Shown one piece after another: positions 15,001 to 24,464 of a stretch of DNA of 64,000 nt; within the stretch, counting starts at the first letter, position 1; every line of letters begins with the position of its first letter. The DNA lies in NCBI GenBank assembly GCA_002269645.1, contig NIVC01003197.1, positions 1-64,000 on the forward strand, given 5' to 3'. Under the pieces are notes generated by a model, which was not told the origin of the DNA, made no database searches, and worked only from the letters and a program-made list of their open reading frames with translations. A program made the translations under genes and the position numbers. The DNA is from Macrostomum lignano. Lineage: Eukaryota.

Positions 15001-17608
15001 TCTGAGAGCCAGAGCCTTAAACAGACAGAGAAATCTGTTCGAGTTGTGTCTGTAGGTTAGGTGGACCAGCTACTGAGAGCCAAAGCCTCAAACAGACTGA
15101 GAGAGCTGCTTCAGTTGTGTCTGTAGGTTATGTGGACCACCTAAGAGCCAGAGCCTCAAACAGACAGAGAAATCTGTTCGAGTTGTGTCTGTAGGTTAGG
15201 TGGACCAGCTATTCTACAGCACTTCTAGGCGATAATCTGAGCCAGGAATCTCCGAGAGCCTCTCGTTACACATCCAGATGTTCTGCCTTGATGCTGGACT
15301 AGCTCACTTTCTAGGAATCTGTTCTGATTGCATTCTAACAAACTGAAGCATTCTCGGCACTAAACTTTCTCGGCGGCTCTGAGATCCAGAGCCTCAGACA
15401 GACAGAGAAATCTGTTCGAGTTGAGTCTGTAGGTTAGGTGGACCAGCTACTCCACAGCACTTCTAGGCGATAATCTGAGCCAGGAGTCTCCGAGAGACTT
15501 TCGTTACACATCCAGATGTTCTGCCTTGATGCTGGACTAGCTCACTTTCTAGGAATCTGTTCTGATTACATTCTAACAAACTGAAGCATTCTCGGCACTA
15601 AACTTTCTCGGCGGCTCTGAGAGCCAGAGCCTTAAACAGACAGAGAAATCTGTTCGAGTTGTGTCTGTAGGTTAGGTGGACCAGCTACTGAGAGCCAAAG
15701 CCTCAAACAGACTGAGAGAGCTGCTTCAGTTGTGTCTGTAGGTTATGTGGACCACCTAAGAGCCAGAGCCTCAAACAGACAGAGAAATCTGTTCGAGTTG
15801 TGTCTGTAGGTTAGGTGGACCAGCTTTTCTACAGCACTTCTAGGCGATAATCTGAGCCAGGAATCTCCGAGAGCCTCTCGTTACACATCCAGATGTTCTG
15901 CCTTGATGCTGGACTAGCTCACTTTCTAGGAATCTGTTCTGATTGCATTCTAACAAACTGAAGCATTCTCGGCACTAAACTTTCTCGGCGGCTCTGAGAT
16001 CCAGAGCCTCAGACAGACAGAGAAATCTGTTCGAGTTGAGTCTGTAGGTTAGGTGGACCAGCTACTCCACAGCACTTCTAGGCGATAATCTGAGCCAGGA
16101 GTCTCCGAGAGACTTTCGTTACACATCCAGATGTTCTGCCTTGATGCTGGACTAGCTCACTTTCTAGGAATCTGTTCTGATTACATTCTAACAAACTGAA
16201 GCATTCTCGGCACTAAACTTTCTCGGCGGCTCTGAGAGCCAGAGCCTTAAACAGACAGAGAAATCTGTTCGAGTTGTGTCTGTAGGTTAGGTGGACCAGC
16301 TACTGAGAGCCAAAGCCTCAAACAGACTGAGAGAGCTGCTTCAGTTGTGTCTGTAGGTTATGTGGACCACCTAAGAGCCAGAGCCTCAAACAGACAGAGA
16401 AATCTGTTCGAGTTGTGTCTGTAGGTTAGGTGGACCAGCTATTCTACAGCACTTCTAGGCGATAATCTGAGCCAGGAATCTCCGAGAGCCTCTCGTTACA
16501 CATCCAGATGTTCTGCCTTGATGCTGGACTAGCTCACTTTCTAGGAATCTGTTCTGATTGCATTCTAACAAACTGAAGCATTCTCGGCACTAAACTTTCT
16601 CGGCGGCTCTGAGATCCAGAGCCTCAGACAGACAGAGAAATCTGTTCGAGTTGTGTCTGTAGGTTAGGTGGACCAGCTACTCCACAGCACTTCTAGGCGA
16701 TAATCTGAGCCAGGAGTCTCCGAGAGACTTTCGTTACACATCCAGATGTTCTGCCTTGATGCTGGACTAGCTCACTTTCTAGGAATCTGTTCTGATTACA
16801 TTCTAACAAACTGAAGCATTCTCGGCACTAAACTTTCTCGGCGGCTCTGAGAGCCAGAGCCTCAAACAGACAGAGAAATCTGTTCGAGTTGAGTCTGTAG
16901 GTTAGGTGGACCAGCTATTCTACAGCACTTCTAGGCGATAATCTGAGCCAGGAATCTCCAAGAGCCTCTCGTTACACATCCAGATGTTCTGCCTTGATGC
17001 TGGACTAGCTCACTTTCTAGGAATCTGTTCTGATTGCATTCTAACAAACTGAAGCATTTTCTGCACTAAACTTTCTCGGCGGCTCTCAGAGCCAGAGCCT
17101 AAACAGACAGAGAAATCTGTTCGAGTTGTGTCTGTAGGTTAGGTGGACCACCTTCTGAGAGACAAAGCCTCAAACAGACTGAGAGAGCTGCTTCAGTTGT
17201 GTCTGTAGGTTATGTGGACCACCTAAGAGCCAGAGCCTCAAACAGACAGAGAAATCTGTTCGAGTTGTGTCTGTAGGTTAGGTGGACCAGCTATTCTACA
17301 GCACTTCTAGGCGATAATCTGAGCCAGGAATCTCCGAGAGCCTCTCGTTACACATCCAGATGTTCTGCCTTGATGCTGGACTAGCTTACTTTCTAGGAAT
17401 CTGTTCTGATTGCATTCTAACAAACTGAACCATTCTCGGCACTAAACTTTCTCGGCGGCTCTGAGATCCAGAGCCTGAAACAGACAGAAATCTGTTCGAG
17501 TTGTGTCTGTAGGTTAGGTGGACCACCTTCTGAGAGCCAAAGCCTCAAACAGACTGAGAGAGCTGATTCAGTTGTGTCTGTAGGTTAGGTGGACCAGCTT
17601 CTCTACAG
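1..17608. repeat. Large satellite array, 238 bp monomer with 71 and 68 bp sub-monomers, ~615 bp higher-order unit; probably intronic in TMEM62
   Basis: Monomer starts at 6065, 6303, 6541, 6612, 6680 (238+238+71+68=615). Core GTCTGTAGGTTAGGTGGACCAGCTA recurs throughout. Array runs off the left edge of the window. Confidence 0.97.
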
Positions 17609-17610
17609 CA

Positions 17611-17758
17611 ATTGAGTTGCAGGCCTTGCTGCTAGCTACTTTGAGATCATCAAACGAAACTCACTTTTCTGGACTCGGTGTCGACGGATCTGCGAGCAGA
17701 CTGATGATTTTCACCAGGCGATGCGGCTTCTTCGATTTCGCAGTGGCTTTTTGCGACG
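17611..17758 (+). CDS. Possible internal coding exon of TMEM62
   Basis: Candidate acceptor TTCTCTACAG (to 17610; TTGCAG to 17622 is an alternative), open frame IELQALLLAT...FDFAVAFCD, donor G|GTATTT in phase 1, compatible with the exon at 19462. Protein similarity to TMEM62 is not convincing by eye. Confidence 0.3.
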
Positions 17759-17929
17759 GTATTTTTTTAGTTTTTATTTTAGGCTTGGCGTCCTTTTTTG
17801 CGGGTCATCATATCTTGATTGTAGATTACAGTTTTTGGCACAATAAATTTATATATGGATGAAACTTGGAGTAAGGATTAACATTAGACCTATTAAGTAT
17901 AAAAAACCGTTCTAATCTATACAATTGCA

Positions 17930-19400
17930 ATCCTTTAGAGTTGTATAGTATGGATTATAAGTACTTTCTTTTAAACTGTCTGTGTCTGGTCTCACTACGC
18001 CATGGTTTACGTGGACCACCCGCTTAGACATTATATATCCCTCTCTCCACTGTCTTACCTTCAGAACGCTTGTGGGTTTCCTATTGGCTGCGGTCGGTCC
18101 CATTGTTGGGGTGGATCTATCCTCCTAAGTGTTAACCAGCCAATTATAGAAAGGGAGGTCTGTCTGTCTGTCTGTTCCAACCCTATACTCCTGCACATGT
18201 GTTTACGTGGACCAAACAGACAGTGAGTGTTAGGCTGACTGTTAATGCGTTCTTAGTTTTACTGGGACCGCAATCAAGTCGACCTTTTGCTAGAGAGTCA
18301 GAGACCCGATCGCTAGCTAAAAGGCCCTTCTTAATTGCGTCCTCTTGATCAAATCTTTTGCATGTACATATGAATTGTCCTTTTCAATTAGGTAAATTGC
18401 ATCTTCAACTTTGCACTTGAAAGGCTGCAGCTTTGGATCTTCTTCTTCCAAAATTGGAGGAGGATAGAACAGGATATCCCATAGTGTTTAGGATAGAATT
18501 GGCAAGCACTTAATTCATGAAGTTGCTATTTTCTTCTTGTGTAATGGTAGAGCCTCAGAAATTCGCATTTACACAGTGTGGCTATCAAGGACCACTGGGA
18601 GTTCTTGAGAAGTCATTGAAGAATACTATTTAGGCTTCACTTAAATATCTTTTTTGTCTCGGAGTCTTTATCGTTTGATCTGGTTAGCGAATTGGATTTC
18701 TTTACGTTGGTGTCTTACTCTGTGAGTCTGTGCTCAGAGTACGATACCGGAATTGCTGGAACTGAGCTAATTAAATGGAGTTTAAAGTTTACTGTATCAA
18801 ATTCATTTCGCATACGAGGTTTCAGAATTTTTAATTAACCTGCGTACCTACTTGAATGTCAAAGAACTGAACGCATATTGTTTTAAAGCCAGTAGCGGTC
18901 ATAATATGATGCCAACATACCCCTTTGTTCGTAAGGTAATGATCTGTAAAAAATTCAGTTTTGCATTGAATCTATGCTTAATAACTGCTATACACAAACA
19001 GACACAAACAGACACAAACAGACACAAACAGACACAAACAGACGATTTTCGAAAAATTTTCTAAAATTTTTCGGTTTACGTGGACCAGACTCGCTCGGTT
19101 TAGGTAGACCAGGCTGGAGGTCCAGCTAAACTGAAATGCAAATAACTTTGGAAAAAACCATGCTAGACATTCCAAAATTGCTTAAGCCTTTCTTGACCCG
19201 CCTGACATTAATGTGAGATCCTCATCAACGTCTTAACCCCACCAGAGACAAAATTATTTGGTGGTCCACCTAAGTGGTCTACCTACACCGGGTGGTCCAG
19301 CTAACGAGGCTACTGAACTTCCAAAAAGTCCACGTAAACACACAGACAGTAGAACAGACAGCTGACTAGCTGGCATTTTCTAGTACAGATAGAAAATCTT
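17930..19400. mobile_element. Cluster of short Helentron/HINE-like (DINE-like) relics sharing TTTACGTGGAC and ACAG-type microsatellites
   Basis: TTTACGTGGAC at ~18006, ~18203, ~19075 (+) and ~19327 (-), (GTCT)n/(ACAG)n tracts, 10 bp ACACAAACAG repeat at 18991-19042, and a TTTTCTAGTACAGAT end at ~19376. Family assignment is by resemblance only. Confidence 0.35.
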
Positions 19401-19461
19401 ATCCGATAACAGTATTTAAATGTCCCGTGACCAGCCGAACCCCGCGTGTTCGCCTCTGCAG

Positions 19462-20208
19462 ACTCGCTGGTGCAGTCAATGTGCAGCTGGTTTCATCCGG
19501 AAATCACCCGAGGCCTGTACAGATTTGTGCTCAGCGACGGCCTGTTCTATCCGTGGATTGTCTATTTTCTCTACATGGGATGCGGTGAGTCTGGGGTCCC
19601 GGGGCACAGCGGATTAAAGAATCGGATAGCAATGCCTGAGACTTCATTCAGTAGAAATGCTGTCTTTAGGACATTGCCTACTACTAATAGTATGAGTGGA
19701 ATGTCCAGTCCACACTGGTTCCCTGACCGGGAGTCCGGCTTGCCTTCATTTGCGCCCCGTTGCCAACCCGCCAGGCCCGCTGATGATGGGCTACTTCGTG
19801 GACGACAGCTTCGGCGTGATGTTCCTCAGCGGGCTCTACATTGGCGGCACCTGGCTGCCGGAGAGCCTGATCTACGTCAGCGAGTTCATCCAGCTGTGCG
19901 CCTTCCACCTGCCGCTGCTGGCCCTGCTCTGCTACCGGCTCGGCAGGCAGGTTGACAGGGCGCCCCCTGCCATGGCAACCCGTTGTCAGCGGTTGGCGTG
20001 CATCCTTCTTGACAGTCGCTTTTGGATTTACCCGCTGCTGGCTTGGCAGCTGTGGCTGTCCGTCAACTTCTTGCTGGCCACCTACGACCTGACGGTGTTC
20101 CTGCTGAGCCCCTGCCGCCTGTGGCAGGTCGGCTTTGGCTGGTACCTGCACAGGACCGTCTGCCGCAATGAGGCTGCCATGCTGGCCCTTAGCGGCTCGC
20201 AGCACTGA
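19462..20208 (+). CDS. TMEM62: Transmembrane protein 62-like, last two coding exons (19462-19584, 19775-20208)
   Basis: CTGCAG|AC acceptor, G|GTGAGT donor, CCAG|GC acceptor. Spliced peptide ...LFYPWIVYFLYMGCGPLMMGYFVDDSFGVMFLSGLYIGGTWLPESLIYV...QLCAFHLPLLALL...WQLWLSVNFLLATYDLTVFLLSPCRLW matches the recalled TMEM62 C-terminal membrane region (LYTVLGPWFFGEIIDGKFG...QLAFFNIPL...YATYGTLAFLFSPLRTW). Upstream exons are outside the window or unresolved. Confidence 0.8.
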
Positions 20209-20290
20209 GCGGCTCTGCTGCAAACTGCTGAGATCTTGTATGTAGATTATAGACTGGCCCCAATTTAGTTGATAGCCAGACCGGCCTCTT

Positions 20291-21095
20291 AAACAGACAC
20301 CTTGACAGGCATTAAAACAGACACCTTGACAGGCATTAAAACAGACACCTTGACAGGCATTAAAACAGACACCTTGACAGGCACTAAAACAGACACCTTG
20401 ACAGGCATTAGAACAGACACCTTGACAGGCATTAGAATAGACACCTTGACAGGCATTAGAACAGACACCTTGACAGGCATTAAAACAGACACCTTGACAG
20501 GCATTAGAACAGACACCTTGACAGGCATTAGAACAGACACCTTGACAGGCATTAAAACAGACACCTTGACAGGCATTAGAACAGACACCTTGACAGGCAT
20601 TAGAACAGACACCTTGACAGGCATTAGAACAGACACCTTGACAGGCATTAGAACAGACACCTTGACAGGCATTAAAACAGACACCTTGACAGGCATTAGA
20701 ACAGACACCTTGACAGGCATTAGAACAGACACCTTGACAGGCACTAAAACAGACACCTTGACAGGCATTAGAACAGACACCTTGACAGGCATTAGAACAG
20801 ACACCTTGACAGGCATTAAAACAGACACCTTGACAGGCATTAGAACAGACACCTTGACAGGCATTAGAACAGACACCTTGACAGGCACTAAAACAGACAC
20901 CTTGACAGGCATTAGAACAGACACCTTGACAGGCATTAAAACAGACACCTTGACAGGCATTAGAACAGACACCTTGACAGGCATTAGAACAGACACCTTG
21001 ACAGGCACTAAAACAGACACCTTGACAGGCATTAAAACAGACACCTTGACAGGCATTAAACAGGCACCTTGACAGGCATTAAAACAGACAGTTTG
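20291..21095. repeat. 24 bp minisatellite (ACAGACACCTTGACAGGCATTARA), ~33 copies
   Basis: Exact 24 bp periodicity. It generates the stop-free repeat ORFs 20302-21072 and 20289-21209. Confidence 0.97.
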
Positions 21096-22007
21096 GCAGG
21101 CATTAAAGCTCCCAAACTTAATGGGTGTACACGCTAAAATGGGCAGTAGCTGTCTGAAATTGTAGAGGCCTCTGTGCTGTACTATTTTATTTGTCCCAGC
21201 TTTACTCATGCTGCGTGTACTTTTAGCGCTTTAATTAATTTGTTATCGATAGCTGGCTATTTTGTAGCAGTTTATTCCAGGCTTCTTAATACAAACTGAA
21301 TAAATATTAATATATGTTTACTTTTGTGTAGTGACCTGTTATCCAAAGCTTGAAATGCTAATTATTATCCCGATTATTTCAACCCATAATTCACTTTTTT
21401 CATCGCAATCCATCGATTCTACGGCCGAGGCTTGAATTGATTTTTCCTTCCAGACTCTTGCCTGGCAATTAATTTATGTCTGCAATATTTTTAAAGTACA
21501 TAGAATTGGGTAGGATGCCAATAAGTTTTCATCTGCACTTTTTCTATTAGAACTTCTGCATGTCTTTATGGCTTTGTTGTTTCTTTTTAAAATTAACGGA
21601 ACAAGACTGCCAAACCTGAATGCCAGTTCCGATACAATAAGCCTGTAACCCTGTCGCCATATTGCTGCCCATTTGCCACCTTACAAAGTTGATGGTGTGA
21701 AATTTCAAGCTCATGAAGTTTCGCTTTAGTAAAAGTAACAAAAAATTTCCACGACTTGAAGCAATTGCTGTCTTCGCAGATGTGAAATTTCGAGCTTGTA
21801 AAGTGAATTTTGTGAAATCCACCGTTGGATTTTGTCGGTCTGGGCCATAGACTAAGCTGGTAGAAACCTGCCCCTCGGCCTCCGGAGTAAACTCCGTATA
21901 TAAAAAATTCGGTACATGTATATGTGGATTGATGTTACAAGTGCACTATGGGTATTTATAAAATTCCACAGGATAATGGCTCCAACAAAGCTTGATTTTG
22001 AATGAAA

Positions 22008-22013
22008 TTTATT
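22008..22013 (-). terminator. Candidate polyadenylation signal of METTL16
   Basis: AATAAA on the minus strand ~140 nt after the METTL16 stop. Confidence 0.5.
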
Positions 22014-22030
22014 TGAGTTTACAAGCAAAC

Positions 22031-22128
22031 CAGCTGCAAATAGATGAACACAGAAATACTCTAGCTAAATGCGCTCCAGCTGCAAATAGATGAACACAGA
22101 AATACTCTAGCTAAATGCGCTCCAGCTG
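22031..22128. repeat. 46 bp tandem duplication in METTL16 3' UTR
   Basis: CCAGCTGCAAATAGATGAACACAGAAATACTCTAGCTAAATGCGCT at 22031 and 22077, plus a partial third copy. Confidence 0.9.
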
Positions 22129-22149
22129 CACAACACAGCTAACTGAAGG

Positions 22150-24433
22150 TCATTCCTTGGCTGCCTCCTCCGCACTGACCGAAGCCGCCTTCGCCTTCTG
22201 ATGCTCGTCCTCGGCTTGCTCCTCGTCAGAGGGTGCCGCAGCGGCGTACAGATTCTTCAGGCACAGCAGCAGCTGGTGCATGAGCTCCCTGCCGGAGCCA
22301 TCCAACCAGCTCAGCTGCATCTCGATGACGCCGCTGTCGTTATAATCCAGCGCCAGATTCGCCACCAGCACCGGCGGCTCTTTCGGCTGAGTCGCCTGCT
22401 TGGACGGGCTGGATGAGGCCGTCAGCTTGCGCGGGCTGCGCTGACGACGCGGCTGCGGGGGTCCTCGGCCGGCATTGGCGGCGGCGGCTTCCAGCCGGGG
22501 ACGCTTCTCTGCAGGCGGCGAGCAGCCCTCTGTGTCTTTCTCGCTAAATTTGCTGTCACTTTCGCTCTTGATGACATCGTGACCTTTAACGTTGTCTTGA
22601 CCTTTATTGTCACTATGACCTTCAGCGACGTCATGATCTTTTGAGTCACTTTGACCGTCAGCAGAGTCATGACCTTTATTGTCTTTTTGACCTTTAGCGA
22701 CGTCGCAATCTTTATCACCCTGACCTCCGATGACGTCATCGGAAAGTCGGCTAACTCCCTGGCCCCTGATGCTGTCGCTTTCACTCAGCTCACTTTCCTG
22801 GCTTCGATTAGCGGCGTCGCCCTTGTCGGCGCCTGCTGCCGGATGCCGGCGCCGATGCCGCTGGCGGGTCCAGGTGACCTCCTTGGCCGACAGGCGCAAC
22901 CGGCGGCCCGCGGCGCCCTGCTTGTTCAGCTGGTCCCAGCAGTCGATGCGCAGTCGCCGCTTGAGAACCCGCTTGCACCAGGCGAACACGGAGTCCAGGC
23001 TGTAGTCCGGGCTGGGCTGGCCGGCCTCGCCAGCTGGCCGCTGCGGCAGCTGCATCGTCAGCGGCGGCCGGGACTGCAGCTTGCGCCGCTTGAACTCCGA
23101 CATTGGAAAACTGACGCCAGACTGGAAAGTCCAGCCAATGCCCCAGCGCATGACGCGGCCCTGGCAGAACTCGTAGGTGCCGTAGCTGGCAACGCCGAGC
23201 CGCTCCAGCAGGCGCTTCAGCGGCTTCAGGGACGGCTTGCGGCCCAGCATGGAGGTGAAGACGCGGCAGCGGTCGCGGTGTCGGCTTGACTCCTGCGCGA
23301 TGCGGCTCACGAACATCACCTCGCCGCCTGAGGAGAAACTCTCGACGCTGGCTGCCGTGCTGGCAGACATTGGAGGGTGCCGGCTGTCCGATCTGCAGAG
23401 GGGGGGGGATGTGCTCTCTGCTGGTGTTGAGCTATGAGAATCCATCACTTGATTTGAGCAGGCTCTGAGCACCCCTCACCTGGTGTTAAGCAGGCCCTCA
23501 GCACCCCTCACCTGGTGTTAAGCAGGCCCTCAGCACCCCTCACCTGGTGTTAAGCAGGCCCTCAGCACCCCTCACCTGGTGTTAAGCAGGCCCTGAGCAC
23601 CCCTCACCTGGTGTTAAGCAGGCCCTGAGCACCCCTCACCTGGTGTTAAGCAGGCCCTGAGCACCCCTCACCTGGTGTTAAGCAGGCCCTGAGCACCCCT
23701 CACCTGGTGTTAAGCAGGCCCTGAGCCTCGGCCGCATCCGCAAAGAACGGTGGGTTGCACATGCAGAAGTCGAACTGCTCCTGCGGCTCCGCCAGACTCA
23801 ATGGAAACTCGAGCGGCCCGGCGTCCGCCGGCGCCAACGCCACCCTGACGCGATCCTGCAGGCCGTTGCGGGCGACATTCTCCTCAGCATAGGCTGCGTT
23901 TCTCTTGTCCACTTCAGTGGCTACAAACCGCCAGCTGGGGTGGCAGCGGACCACCAGAAGCGGGTAGATGCAGCAGCTGCCAGTGCCGATGTCGATGCCG
24001 CGAAGAGTGCTGCTGGAGGCTGCGTGTGTGAACAGGGAGACGCATTTTACTCGGGATTTCCGCTTCTCTTGACAACTAAAGCCTTCAATTTTTCATTTTG
24101 AGACTCATCTTAAACAAACCTCGACTCACCCTCGGGAGCGGAGCAATCAACGCCCAGGATGTCCTCCAGCCAGTGCAGGTAGTTCAGCCGCAGCGGCAGC
24201 GTCGGGATCAGGCGGTCCAGCGGCAGCTCCACGCGCAGCTGGAAGTCGCGCTCTAGCAGGGCTCGGGTGAGAGCGGCCAGCTGGTGGGGCAGCTTGAAGT
24301 TGACCACAACTCGGCCGCGATCGTCCAGCTGGCAGGCGGCCGCAAAGCTGGGGTTGTCGCGGGCCAGCTGGGCAAAGTCCGGCTTCTCCCGGCGGTAGCG
24401 ATTGCGATGGTGCATGAAGCGGTTCATGGACAT
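22150..24433 (-). CDS. METTL16: U6 snRNA/MAT2A m6A methyltransferase METTL16; exons 24433-24130, 24019-23704, 23392-22150 (~620 aa)
   Basis: All junctions are GT-AG and in phase. Motifs MHHRNRY..KPDF, RLIPTLPLRLNYLHWLEDIL, GIDIGTGSCCIYPLL, ATEVD, catalytic FDFCMCNPPFF, GGEVMFV, EFCQGRVMRWGIGW, and C-terminal VCR/KA1-like segments (TWTRQRHRRR; EMQLSWLDGSGRELMHQL). Confidence 0.96.
23467..23725. repeat. 32 bp minisatellite spanning the METTL16 exon 2/intron 2 junction, 8 copies
   Basis: Minus-strand unit CTCAGGGCCTGCTTAACACCAG|GTGAGGGGTG = 22 exonic + 10 intronic nt. Confidence 0.97.
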
Positions 24434-24464
24434 GGCTGCGGGCTGGGCGGCTTGAGACTGGAGC

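Noticed and set aside
20289-21209. Long ORFs (306 aa and 256 aa) on both strands
   Set aside because: Artefacts of a stop-free 24 bp repeat, giving pure 8-aa periodicity.
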